This document shows, piece by piece, positions 23,264-35,385 of a DNA stretch of 64,000 nucleotides (positions within the stretch are counted from its first letter, which is position 1; every line of letters begins with the position of its first letter). The DNA comes from Octopus sinensis. Taxonomy: Eukaryota. The DNA is taken from NCBI RefSeq assembly GCF_006345805.1, contig NC_043001.1:45694001-45758000 (forward strand), read 5' to 3'. The notes under the pieces are model-generated. The model ran no database searches. It was not told where the DNA came from and saw nothing but the letters and a program-made list of their open reading frames with translations. Made by a program: the position numbers and the translations under genes.

Positions 23264-24469
23264 AGAACACTCTGTAAATCAAATGATGTTGGCTTAGTGT
23301 CTGAATATCAGTTTTGCTCACAATGTATTGGTCATCTCAAAACAACTGTTCTGTGAAGCTGTTATGAGAAAAAAATTAGGGTTATTTTTCCCACAATGAC
23401 TTCACATAACAATTGATGAACAGTGGCATGCTGAGTGGTTTTCATTGGGAATTGGATAATTTCATGCTATAGCTAGCTTCAAAACTCTGAGTACTGTACA
23501 TGAATTTATGTATAATATATCAAAAATATTCCTTTATTTCATTTATATTGAGATCTACTTCTATTGGTACACATGTGGTTAACTGTCTTACATATATATA
23601 GAGAGAGAGAAAGAGAGAAAATATATATAAAAATACAAAATGGGACAAGAACGCAAAACATTCAAATAGATGACACAAAAAAACGGGCGGGTCATTCGAA
23701 GCCTCTAATCTTCAGTCAAGAACCGGATCATCCTCGCAATTTTGGCTGATTAATCTTGAGATTGCTCCGATCCGGCCAGCCCCATATATATATATGAATG
23801 TATTTATCATCATACTTCTTCTATTGATACACATGTGGTTAACTGTCTTACCTATATATATATATGTATGTATGTATGTATCATTATATCTTGACATCCA
23901 CTTTTCTATACTTTTATGGTTCAGACAGAGTTTATCTGAAGCAGATTTTCTATACCTGAATCCTCTTCTTGTTGTCAACTCTCAGTCGTTTCCATGCTAA
24001 GATAATATTTCCTCATGATCAAACATTTTCTTGCAGGATATTGGTAATGAATGACATTGCTTGTATGACAGTGAGAACTATTTTACAACTCGCATGTAAT
24101 GCCAAGACAAGGAGACACAAACACACACATATATATATGCACTTCTTTCAGTTTCTGTCTCCCACAGTGATTTTGGTCGGTCCAGTGCTATAGCAGAAAA
24201 CACTTGTCCAAGGTACCACACAATGTGACTGAACTCAGAACCATATTTCTTAGCAATTAGCCATACTTGCATCTATTATATATTACTTATACATAAGTAG
24301 TGTGTGTATATATATATGTGTGTGTGTGTATGTATGTGTATATATATATATATAAGAAGTAACAAACTAAGGAAAGGAATTCCTTCAAAGGGGTGTGTAA
24401 AATATCCAATTCACTGGTATGTTGATTGAATACCACATAAATATGAGCATAATGCAAATTACAAATAAT

Positions 24470-25246
24470 AAATTAAATAGAGAGATACAATCCAATAATT
24501 TATTTATATTATAACATAATATACTATAAATATAATATAATATAGCATAAACAATTATTTAAGCAACCAAAAAAGCCAACAATTTGTTTCAACTTACATA
24601 CATTTTTTGATGTATAAACTACTCAATTCCCTTATATGTAAGTCACATCAGGGCAGTGGTTTGTAGATAGACAAAATTCCTTGTGAAAGAATTGCTGGAC
24701 TGTAGAAAAATTCATTTAAATGCCTATGTATTATGAGTGTGGGTGTTAGCCATTCAACTACATATCAATTACATTAAAAATTATAACAGACAAAATAACT
24801 AAGTAGAATCTACATCTATTGAAATATATATAGCTATATATCTCAAATAATATCAATCCAAACTTGTTTATGTCTAAGACAATCTTTCATTATTATAATA
24901 ACATACAACAATAATATATACGTATATAATTAAGTATCAGGGTCTTAATCTATAAACTGTAATAAAATGAGTAAAAAGATATAATGATAATTACATTTTT
25001 AATATATAACTCTTCTATTTATTTAAAGTTATTGATATAAAAAAGTTTTTACAATCCAGCAATTCTTTCACAAGGAATTTCGTCTATCTACACACCATTG
25101 CCCTGATTTATATATAAAGGAATTGAATTGTTTATATATCAATAAATGTATTTAAGTCAAAACAAATTGTTGGCTTTTTTGGTTGTTTAAATAATTATAA
25201 TATAAATAAATTATTAGATTGTCAATTGTATCTCTCTATTTAATTT
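24470..25246. mobile_element. Foldback/MITE-like element with ~200-240-bp imperfect terminal inverted repeats
   Basis: Arms ~24470-24710 and ~25045-25246 are reverse complements (e.g. attccttgtgaaagaattgctgga / tccagcaattctttcacaaggaat). Confidence 0.85.
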
Positions 25247-26789
25247 TATATATATATATATGTGTGTGTGTGTAATTAATCATGGAACTTGAAGTAGATA
25301 GAGCTATAATTAAAAACATGTAAATACTGGGTTAAAAAAGCCCTTGGATAGAAAAGGTTGAATACTGCCAGTGGTACTCAAAGCCACATCTGTAAATATG
25401 ACATCCATTTTAGAAGTTTTGTTCTTATCAGCAAGAATTTCTTTTTTTTACATCACGAGAATTTAGAAACTAATCTAGATCACCCTCATATTGTAGTCTT
25501 TATAGTTCTCTCTCTTAGCTTTTATATCTCTTGTCTTCTATCTGTCTATTGCCTCTATGTATATCATAGTATCCTGCATGGTAGTAACATGCACTGGATG
25601 AGGTTATCTGCAAAAGAAGCTTAGAAATGTGTATTTTTGATTACTTGCCAGTTCCAACAGTGATCATTGTTGCCTATGACTTGTCTAAGCATAATTGACT
25701 CAATCCATTTCTCTGCTAAAAAATACACTTACTCCACCCATTCCAAAATTGCCTGATAAACCCTGAAAAATTTCCACTAGTATTCCTTATTCATGAGGAA
25801 TCTGGCTGAGGCTCTCCTTTCTTTCATCTCTTATATACTGCACACACATACATGCTTCTGCTAAAGTATCTTTACAATCTTTAAAGATCTACCTTTCATT
25901 ATGTCAATGTTGGTGTTGGTAGTTGTAAAGAATTCTGTGTCTGAATGGAAGAGAGTTGTTGCTGATAGCAATGGCTGTTTTTCTTTTTAAATCTATTTTC
26001 TGCACCTAAAATAAAGACTTGGTGTTGTAGTCATTTAATGATAGTCCAGTATTCACACCTGGTCATCCTACTAGCATGCGTGAGTATCAACATTGTGTTA
26101 GACTCATAAACACAGTTAGGCTTTTCATTGTCTTTGTGACCATTATGATTTTAAAAATCTTTGGCAGGGTTCTTCATATTACCAACCACTTTACTGCATG
26201 CACAACATAAATTTTACTATGCCACCTACATGACAGTCTCTCAGGACTAAAGTGTCACTCCTATACTCTTGTCAGTTTTTAATTTAGACTTATTTTCCAC
26301 TCTTTTAGACAGCATGTCTCTGTGTAGTTAGGACAATCATTCTGGTAAATTGCTGAACTTATTCAGATTGTTTACCTTCCTAGATGAGTTGCTTTTGCTA
26401 TGAAGTCATGTCTCTCCAAACTTTTGGGTTTCTTTGGATTGTTCAAATTTCTAGAAGGAGTCTCACCACTACAACTGTGAAACCAAATCTCTCCATGAAG
26501 TATAGAAGGGAGTGAGTGCTCTAACTATATAAAACAATCAATATGGTGTTGTAATAGGTCAAAAGATTGTCTTAGGCATTCTTAAGAGAGGGTGTTTCAT
26601 GGCACTGAGTAAGAAGGAGAGGAATTTAGCAGTCAAACTGTTAGTTTAAGCTGTAAAACAAATTGTGATTTCATATACTTGTAAGAAAGGGAAGGCATGC
26701 ATCCAGCTCATTAATTTTATCACTATTATTATGATAAATTTCTACTGCAGTTTCTATAAATTAACATTCGATAATTATTCTTTTATGTT

Positions 26790-27090
26790 AACTTATTTTT
26801 GTCAGCATTTACACATTTCTATGATACCTCTGCATTAGCATATTACCTCATATCCAGGATACAAAAATAAGAGCCACACTCCAAAGAGGAAGAGTGCTCC
26901 CTTCCAACCATATGCCTTTTCTTACAGAGACAGACTCACACAATTCGCTCTTACTACAGCACCAATATATATAGCCATGGTGTACTTCATGCTCATAACA
27001 TTTTGCCTTTGACATTTATTCTTTGGTATAAAACCCTTTTCCTGAAAAAACATTACTGCTTCTTCTCCAGCTTTACATTCACCAACTAAT
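26790..27090 (-). mobile_element. Merlin/IS1595(ISXO2)-like transposase N-terminal remnant
   Basis: EEAVMFFQEKGFIPKNKCQ.. then, after a frameshift, CSKSELCESVSVRKGIWLEGSTLPLW, matching the zinc-binding/RKGTW-E-S-L segment typical of Merlin transposases (family recalled, not searched). Confidence 0.55.
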
Positions 27091-28475
27091 TCATGAAATT
27101 CAGTGTTAAAGAGTTGTTTTTGTCTTGATTTTAGACAAAAAGAAATAAATATGGTTTGCTGCACTTGATCAAAGAACCTAGGCAGGAAACAGATGACAGA
27201 TGGATAACAAAAGATGCATTCAATAACGTTAATCCCATGGAAACAGACAACTTCAGCTTCTTGCATGTCAACAATAGAGGTTTCTGATTGGCTGGAATTT
27301 CATAACTTAAAAGGCTTGTAACTCTTTTTCTATTAATTTCTAGAGAAAAATAATGTGATTTTAGTAATCAGAATGCAAAACTACATCAGTGTAGAAAATA
27401 TGAAAAAATTTTAATGATAGGAAGGATTTTAAAGATTTGGAAACACAGCAGACAATCCAGTTTATGCAATAAAGTATGGTTACAATAGGAGGAGCATTCA
27501 GTTGTAGAAACTGTAGCAAAATAAATTTGACACACACAGCAAAACCTGGCAATTCTCTTGAGTGGATCAAATGACAAAAGCTTGCAATAATTGGTGAAAC
27601 ACAGAAAATTTGAATTCATGACATGTAAACATGTACTCCAATATACTGGACTATAAATTAAAACTTAAATACTTTACATTTTTCGCTGATGTGTAAGGAG
27701 AGTGTGTATGCATATACACACTACCATTTGTCTGTATGTTGAGGAAGAGTGCATGATGAAGTGAGTCTGTGTTCTTGCTATTCAGTGTAGTTTCATGTTG
27801 CACTTTGTATTTAGTTCCATTAAAATTCTATCATTAACCTAAGTGTTAACTATCTAAGTAGTAATAAAGCATGAAATTGCTTAACTTCAGAGGTAGAATA
27901 AGAACCAATATTAAATCAGATGGAGGTTGGCCATAAGCAATATCTTCTGCACATCTACAAATATGCATGTATATACAAAAACTAGATTTATTATGTTACT
28001 ACATATCCTTGTTATCAATGAACAAACATTTACTCATGTAATATTTTTCTAAAACATATTTAATACATAAACATCAAAATATAATTTTGATATACCACAG
28101 TTGGTATATCATAGAATATAACCAGCTCAATAATATAATTTTGTTGTGTTAATCAGGTAATGTTTTCTGCTCTTTGTAGCCACATGAAGTACTATGCTGT
28201 CAAAGCTTGTCATCTTTCCTCTCTTTAGCTATGCTTCTCACATCTACTCCAGCTACATTCCTTATTTCCTGTTTCTGAATACATCTGATTGTATTGGCTT
28301 GTCTGGAAAGTTCATGCCGAATTATAGTAGCTTACCTTTCGACTTATTTTAGAACATGGTCGAGTCCATAAAATAGGATTTGACTGCACCTCCATTTAGA
28401 GCACAGTTTAAGCTATCTTTTCGTGGAAGAAAGTTTATGTTCCTATAACCTGTGTTAATTCTGTAACCCTTTAAA

Positions 28476-28856
28476 ATGGAAAAAAGTTCATTTTCGGCAC
28501 TTGATGCTTTGGGAACCAGACAAAAATTGCTGCAGCTTGGCTGGGATGTGTTACACCACCCTCCATATTCACCAGATAAGGCTCCTTCGGATTTCCACTT
28601 ATTCAGGTCTCTGCAGAATAGTCTTAATGGTAAAAATTTCAATTCCTTGGATGACGTAAAAAGATACCTTGATGAATTCTTTGCCATGAAACCACCTCAA
28701 TTCTGGGATGAGGGTATTTTCAAGTTAAAGGAAAGATGGAAATGCATTGTGCAACAAAATGATTAATATTTGGTTGATTAAAAATGTAATGGCAAGTATT
28801 TATTGACCTTTTGTCTCCCTTTAAAAATCAGTATGAACTTTCCGGACAACCCAATA
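28476..28856 (+). mobile_element. mariner transposon 3' fragment
   Basis: LGWDVLHHPPYSPDKAPSDFHLFRSLQN...KLKERWKCIVQQN (YSPDLAPSD motif region), then terminal gaactttccggacaacccaata + TA. Confidence 0.9.
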
Positions 28857-28899
28857 TATATGTGTGTATAACCATTACTGTGTCAGCAAATTTCCATCC

Positions 28900-29155
28900 A
28901 ACCCATACTAGCAAGGAAAACCAGATGAATAAATGCACTTGAACTGGTACCACGTAAACGCACCTGTGCCAGTACTGTGTGAAAGTACCCAATACATTCA
29001 TTAAAGTGGTTGGCATTAGGAAGTGCATCCAGCTGTAGAATTCATGCCTAAACGGACATGGAGCCTGAACAGCTCTTCAGCTAGCTAGCTGGTCAAAACT
29101 GTCCAACCCATACCAGCATGGAAAATGGATGTTAAGTGATGATGATGATGATGAT
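28900..29155 (+). mobile_element. RTE 3'UTR-type SINE
   Basis: Same 3'UTR motifs, (GAT)n tail. Confidence 0.75.
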
Positions 29156-29424
29156 ATCTGCTTATGTATGGTGATATCTTTCAGTTGTATAACAACTTGG
29201 GGAAGTAGCATAATATTGCTGATTTCTATTGTTTCAATTAATATGCCCAAGAGAAAATGAGATGTTTGAGAGGGTATATGAAAAAGACATTTGGAGGAAA
29301 GAATTAAAACAACTAAAGCTGTATTTAACATCCATCCTATTGCATAGCACAACTGGAAGAAATATTTGATATTAACCAAAATGTTAATGAATGCCTACAA
29401 AAAGAAATTATTTTCTATATATAT

Positions 29425-29590
29425 AGGTGCTGGCAAGGGTGTGTGGTAAGAAGCTTGATTCCCAGTCTCATGGTTCTGGGTTCAGTCCCACTGTATGGCA
29501 CCTTTGGCAAGTTCTACTATAGCCTCAGGTCTACCAAAGCCTTGTGACTAGATTTGGTAGATGGAAACTGAAAGAAGCCTGTCATATATA
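29425..29590 (+). mobile_element. SINE family B, 5' half
   Basis: gtgtggtaagaagctt..gggttcagtcccactg..ggaaactgaaagaagcc. Further partial copies at ~24075-24272(-), 30510-30720(-), 42780-42940(-), 51480-51610(-). Confidence 0.82.
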
Positions 29591-29619
29591 TATACACACA
29601 CATATATATATATATATTT

Positions 29620-29810
29620 ATACATCATCATCATTGTTTAACGTCTGCTTTCAATGCTAGCATGGGTTGGACGATTTGACTGAGGACTGGTGAGCCAGAT
29701 GGTTGCACCAGGCTCCAATCTGATCTGGCAGAATTTCTACAGCCGGATATCCTTCCTAATGCCAAAGACTCCGAGAGTGTAGTGGGTGCTTTTATGTGCT
29801 ACCAGTACTT
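29620..29810 (-). mobile_element. RTE 3'UTR-type SINE
   Basis: catcatcat..tttaacgtc..gctagcatgggttggacg.. Confidence 0.75.
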
Positions 29811-30317
29811 TTACATATCTCTTATTATAAAAGGCAGATTTTATCTGCCTCCCTTTGGGAGTTATACAAATCTACAATATAGGATTTCTTCAATTACAAT
29901 TTACCTAGCATTTTTGAGAGTACAATGCATCGCGTCATGCCAGGTCCAGTTTTTAAAATTTAAACTCCAATTAAGCAAAATTTACAGAAAACTCACATTC
30001 TGGTGTGTGTGTCAAATGCTTTTCTTAGTCTGGTTTACACCACACGCAAACGCACACACACAGTGGGCAACGAATAAAATGAAACTAATTCACTTACTGT
30101 AGTGAGTGATTCTTTCACTCTGCCTCCCACTTCCTCTTTCAACACATAGACACGCAAATATATAAATAAAATTGTAAGCTAACGTGCGTGTGTGTGAGTG
30201 TGTGTGTGTGTGCGCGTGTGTGTGTGACGGTGCGTGTGTGTGTGTGTGTGTGTGCGTGAGTGTGTGATAGGAAAGTTTTTTTAGACGAATATAACACCTA
30301 TATCCAAGTAGCAGAAA

Positions 30318-30505
30318 GATAAGACAGTAAGGTGTGATTTGAGGGAGATTTGGCTGCTATTTCTACCATGTCTAGCTGCCATGTAGGGGTCTCCCTCATA
30401 GGCTCATACATACATATATACATAGATAAGACAGTAAGGTGTGATTTGGGGGAAATTTTGCTGCTATTTCTACCAGGTCTAGCTACCATGTAGAGGTCCC
30501 CCTCA
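30318..30505 (+). repeat. Tandem duplication of a ~105-bp SINE-tail fragment
   Basis: gataagacagtaaggtgtgatttg.. occurs twice in tandem. Confidence 0.75.
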
Positions 30506-30798
30506 ATTCTTTTATTCTTCTGCTTTTTCCAGCCATTGCTCTGTGGCCATGCTGGGGCAATGCCTTGAAGAATTGTAGTTTAATGAATCAACTCCAGTTT
30601 TATTTTTGTAAGCATTGTACTTATTCTATCTGTTTCCTTTGTCAAACCACTAGGTGACAGGGATGTAAACAAACCAACATTCGTTGTCAAGCAGTGGTGG
30701 AGGACAATCACAAGCACAGACACGCACACACATACATGCATACACATATACACACATACATACATACATACATATATATATATGTGTGTATATATATA

Positions 30799-31057
30799 TT
30801 GCAGCGTGGAAGGTGTTTGTAAGCCATTTAAGAAACACACAAAAACCGTTACATTCACTTCAACATTTAAATTTAATTTGCCAAAATATTTTCGTCGCTT
30901 TGAGACCGCGACCTGTTCACTGACAAAAATATCGTGCTAACAGGTCGCGGTCTCAAAGCGACGAAAATATTTTGACAAATTTAATTTAAATGTTGAAGTG
31001 AATCTAACGGTTTTTGTGTGTTTCTTAAATGGCTTATAAACACCTTCAACGCTGCAA
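30799..31057. repeat. Near-perfect 259-bp palindrome (hairpin MITE)
   Basis: ~118-bp arms with few mismatches, ~21-nt loop at ~30919-30939; flanked by TA microsatellite. Confidence 0.92.
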
Positions 31058-31129
31058 CTGTTTTCGTTCCAGCACACGATCTCAGATCAAGTCACTTGCT
31101 ATGCAAGTACATCTCTGTGACTATATATA

Positions 31130-31172
<43 letters not shown>

Positions 31173-31235
31173 TGGTAAAAACAGTAAGATAACAAAAGAA
31201 AGAAAGAGACCTCAATATTATGTAAATAGAGGAAA

Positions 31236-31630
31236 TCTTTATATATAAAAGTGAGGTTGTGTGTCTGTCTCCTACGATTTAGATTCCTAACTACTCCCAC
31301 ATTTTGCGGTGCAGTTTAACCAAAACCGGGTATCTTATAGTCGTGATTCATATTGAGCCTTTCTGGGTATTAGCGCGTGTCTACGATGAGTCTACAATTT
31401 TAAAAATAATTTACCATCAATTTTTCCCATTTTTAATCCATTTTTGACATATATAAGGGAAGTAACTCTCTAAAATTTATTATTAAATCTCAGAACGTAA
31501 AAAGCTACAGTAACACCCCTCCCCCTTTGTGGTTAGCCATATTGAGATGGCTATTATACTTTACATCTCTAAAAATGCTTATATAATTATTTCCCTTACA
31601 AACCCGAGCAACGCCGGGCGATACTGCTAG
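31236..31630 (+). mobile_element. Non-autonomous Helitron
   Basis: 5' A|TC..tatataaaa start; 3' subterminal hairpin cccgagcaacgccggg followed by CTAG|T. Confidence 0.85.
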
Positions 31631-31633
31631 TAT

Positions 31634-34600
31634 ATCTATAATTGGCAAAATGTCTGTGTATCTCTGTGTCCTCTATACAAATCCACAGTTTTTCACCTAA
31701 AAGGCTCACATTTTCTATGGGCTTTCAAAACTGTCTGAGGGCGGTCGTGAAGATCTTTTCATTTCCCCAGAAAGCCATTAAAAAAATTGATAAACCAACC
31801 CCTTATGCCCAACAGTTGAATGCACATGCGCATTTGCAGAGTCTGTATGACTCAGTGCATTTTTGTGTTTTGCAAAGATGTGTTATCATGTGTTTTGGCT
31901 TTCAAATGTGCAAGCTTTTTTGATTTGAGAAATGCAGAGAATAATTAACGAGTTAGACCAAGTGAATGACAAGAGAGCGTGATTTTCATCAAAGACCAAA
32001 TATGCTTGATATGCTATCATTCGTTAAGTATGCCATAAAAGAGTTGGAGCCTATTCAATGAATCTATTTAGGAAGGGCTTTACTTTTAAGCTTTCAGTTG
32101 AATTAAGTTATCCAGCGAGAGCCCAGGATGTTTTATTCAATTAAAATTAAAAATGAAAAATGAGTAAGTTGACCCCCCCCCAAGGGATTTTCATAAAAAA
32201 CATTTATTTGTTTGCATTCAGCCTAGGATCGAATCATTTGCTACCTACACAGCAGGGGTATAGGGGAGTAATCCTTTTGGTGCAAGAAATCTTTATTTGA
32301 TTCGAGTTTACCAAAATTGCCAATCAATCAGTGGAAACTCAATAAAACCATTCCTTGTGGGTTTCTGCATTTAAATTGACTGCAACCTTTTCTTTTAGCA
32401 CTAACTTGAGGTATAAATGACCTAAGATACAAAGATTTTCTTAAGCGAAATGTCATGCTTTTGTGTTTTGAGATACGAGTGAAGATTGAGATGCTAATTG
32501 ATTTCCAGTCACATTTTTCTGCTTGCTAGGAAATTTGAAAACTTTGTCAGCCCTGATTATTCATTTCATTTTGTTGGTGAAGGTTTGCTTTCATGGTGAT
32601 CTTTATTGATTTTCTAACATGCTCCCCCTTCATCTTCAACAAAGCCGCCAAATTTGTGATGATTAATTACCCAGTGCAGCTGCACCTCTGGGTGGGCTCA
32701 GAATCTGCAGAGGCTCAGTCAAATGTGTTAAAAAACATATGCGATGGAAAGGCGAACATAATTTCCGAAAACAAAGAAAGGGATTTAGCACAAAATGAAG
32801 CAATCTTTATCTGTAAAAAGCCTGAGTTTTGTTCTTACCCCATTTTATAACTAACCAAACAGAAGCACACCGGTACCTAAGGCAATTCAAGGCTAGAACT
32901 CATGAGTCATACAGTGTTTCTGCACTACCTTGATTAAGTAAGAACTTTTTATTGAAACACTGGAAACGAACAACAAGCACATGATATGAAGCGTTCAGTT
33001 AGTGGGACTGTGCATGTCATAGTTGGACAAAAAAGGAGGAAGAAGAAAACGAAAAACTCGAATTTGACCGCACCACAGCATGATTTTGAAAATACACATA
33101 ACCATCGTTTGTTGAGTTCGCATTCAGCTTGAGGTCGAATTGTTCGCTATCTATATAGCAGGTGACAAGGGTACTCAGGTTACTACTTATGGTGCGTGAA
33201 ATCTTAATTTGATTAGAGTTTGCCCATAACAATCCCTTACGGGCTTCCCCATTTAAGTTGAATTACAACCGCTTTCTTTTAGCCTTAACTTCCACCTAAT
33301 AAGCTCTTTGTTTGCTACTGCAAATTGATTGGGTTTTCCTACTTCACAAATGCCCTGTTTTTCTAACTTGAATCCACTTTCTACAAATTTATTAGCCCAT
33401 GCATCAAACACTACAAAAAGCAATTTCCCGCATAGACACTTAGTCATTCTGTGCAAGAGCATGGCACTGCGTATAACCTTGAACGTGTGCGTGTATGCAT
33501 GTTACTGGACAATGCTGCTGAGGGACATACGCAAACGCTTGACTTTGGACGTGTGGCCTTGGATTTGCACGTACTAGATTATTATCCAAAAGACAGATGC
33601 CCAAATGCAAACCTGGAAGTATGTATAATACTACATCATCATCATCATTGTTCGACCGTGGTCGAGACAATGGAATTTACCATGTTGCGCCAGACTTCAC
33701 GGTCCATCATAGCATTACGGAGGTCCTGTTGCTGGATGCCTGTATCCCTGGAGATTACATCAGGGTAGGAGAGTGTGCGCCCTCTGGTGTTGCGAGTAGA
33801 TGGCTTCCAGAGGAGAAGAGTAGAAATTACTTCTTTTTCAGCTCTACAACAATGTCCAGCAAACTGGACTCTCCTACCTTTCACAAGAGATGACACAGGT
33901 GGTAATTTCCCATATATTTGCATTTTAGTTGGATGGCGCCTCCACGAGAGATTTTGAGCTCTCATAAGGAGGCGAGTGTAGGTTCCATCCAACCGCCTCT
34001 CAAGCTTCTTTGATAACGTCCAGGTTTCTGAGCCATATAGTAGAATTGGTTCGACTGTGGCTTTGAATATTTCAAGTTTGAAGTCTCTACTTAGATTTGA
34101 TGACCAGATCTTATGCATGTCATTACAGGCTGACCAGGCCATACCCTTTCTAGTTAGAAAGTCTTTTCCAGATGATGATATGTATGACCCAAGATATTTA
34201 TAATCAGAAACCATATTTAAAGGTGCACTGTTGAGAGTGTGGATGATGCAATCACTGTTGGACAGGCACTTGTTTATGTATTCAGTTTTGGTCTCATTGA
34301 GGTAAAGACCTACACAATTTGAGGCTTGTTCAAGAGATTGTAAAAGAGACTGGGCATTGGAGAGAGAATCACTGATAAGAGCGATGTCGTCAGCAAAGTC
34401 AGTGTCTGTCAAGTACTCAGCTGGGTGTCTGGAACTTCTTCTTGGTTTTATTTCAAAGTCCTTGCCAGAGATGGTATCAACTGACATACGTAGCACATAA
34501 TCAACAACAATGATGAAAAGAAATGGGGCGAGTGTGTCTCCCTGCAGTATTCCGGCCTCGATCGAGAAAGATGATGTTTCTCCATCAGGGGTTAAGATGG

Positions 34601-35010
34601 TTGAAGACGTATCTGTGTAGAGGACCTTGATGGCAGAAATAATTTTGTCTGGTATCCCATAGAGCTTAAGGATTTCAAACATCTTGTACCTATCTACAGA
34701 ATCGAACGCTTTAGAAAAGTCTACAAATACCATTGCAAGATCGCGATTAAATGCTTTTGATTCTTCAATAAGTCTGTGCAGGCATAGTATCTGCTCAGCA
34801 TTGAGCGCCCATGTCTGAATCCATTTTGGTTCTTTCGGAGCAAAGGTTCAACAAAAAGGACAAGACGATTTAGGATCAGTTTGTTGTACAGTTTTGCAGC
34901 AATTGACATTAGAGATAATGTCAATAATACTACAACAGGATAGCAGAGGGGAAATCTGAAGGTGGACGAGCTCTATACTGTTCTCTATTACATTCTTTAC
35001 AGAATGTACA
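31634..35010 (+). mobile_element. Second, degraded Helitron-like segment interrupted by the RTE LINE
   Basis: Helitron-like 5' end (atctataattggcaaaatgtctgtg..) directly after the first Helitron's CTAG. Faint PIF1 helicase C-terminal motifs (KQFP, G.TLDF..LDL, G.LYTVL) on both sides of the RTE insertion. 3' end not found. Confidence 0.35.
33636..34923 (-). mobile_element. 5'-truncated RTE-clade LINE (RT domain), young insertion
   Basis: 362-aa ORF 33645-34733 (FVDFSKAFD, GILQGD, DFADD) plus upstream RT frame 34721-34924 joined by one frameshift near 34795; (TGA)n tail; 11-bp TSD ataatactaca at 33625-33635 and 34924-34934. Confidence 0.95.
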
Positions 35011-35024
35011 ATAACTATATATAT

Positions 35025-35385
35025 TCTCTTATTCTGCTACTTGTTTCAGTCATTTGACTACAGCCATGCTGGAGCACCACCTTAAGTCGAACAAATTGAC
35101 CCCAGGACTTATTCATTGTAAGTCTAGTACTTATTAGTTCTTTTGCCGAACTGCTAAGTTATGGGGATGTAAACACACCAGCATCAGTTGTCAAGCTATG
35201 GTGGTGGGGACAAACACAGACACATGACAGGCTTCTTTCAGTTTGTCTACCAAATCCACTCACAAGGCTTTGGTTGGTTCAAGGCTATAGGAAGAAAACG
35301 CTTGTCCAAAGTGCCAAAGTGGGACTGAACCTGGAACCATATGGTTGCGAAGCAAGCTTCTTACAACACAGCCACACCTGCACCT
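35025..35385 (-). mobile_element. tRNA-derived SINE family B, full length
   Basis: Reverse complement of the ggctgtgtgg..gggttcagtcccac head through the gctccagcatggctg..aaatgactgaaac tail. Confidence 0.88.

Noticed and set aside
23690-23725. Hammerhead ribozyme core (CUGAAGA...CGAA) on the minus strand
   Set aside because: GAAA is GAAU and stem II cannot pair; at most a degenerate relic
28349-28687. 112-aa minus-strand ORF
   Set aside because: Mostly the antisense of the mariner fragment
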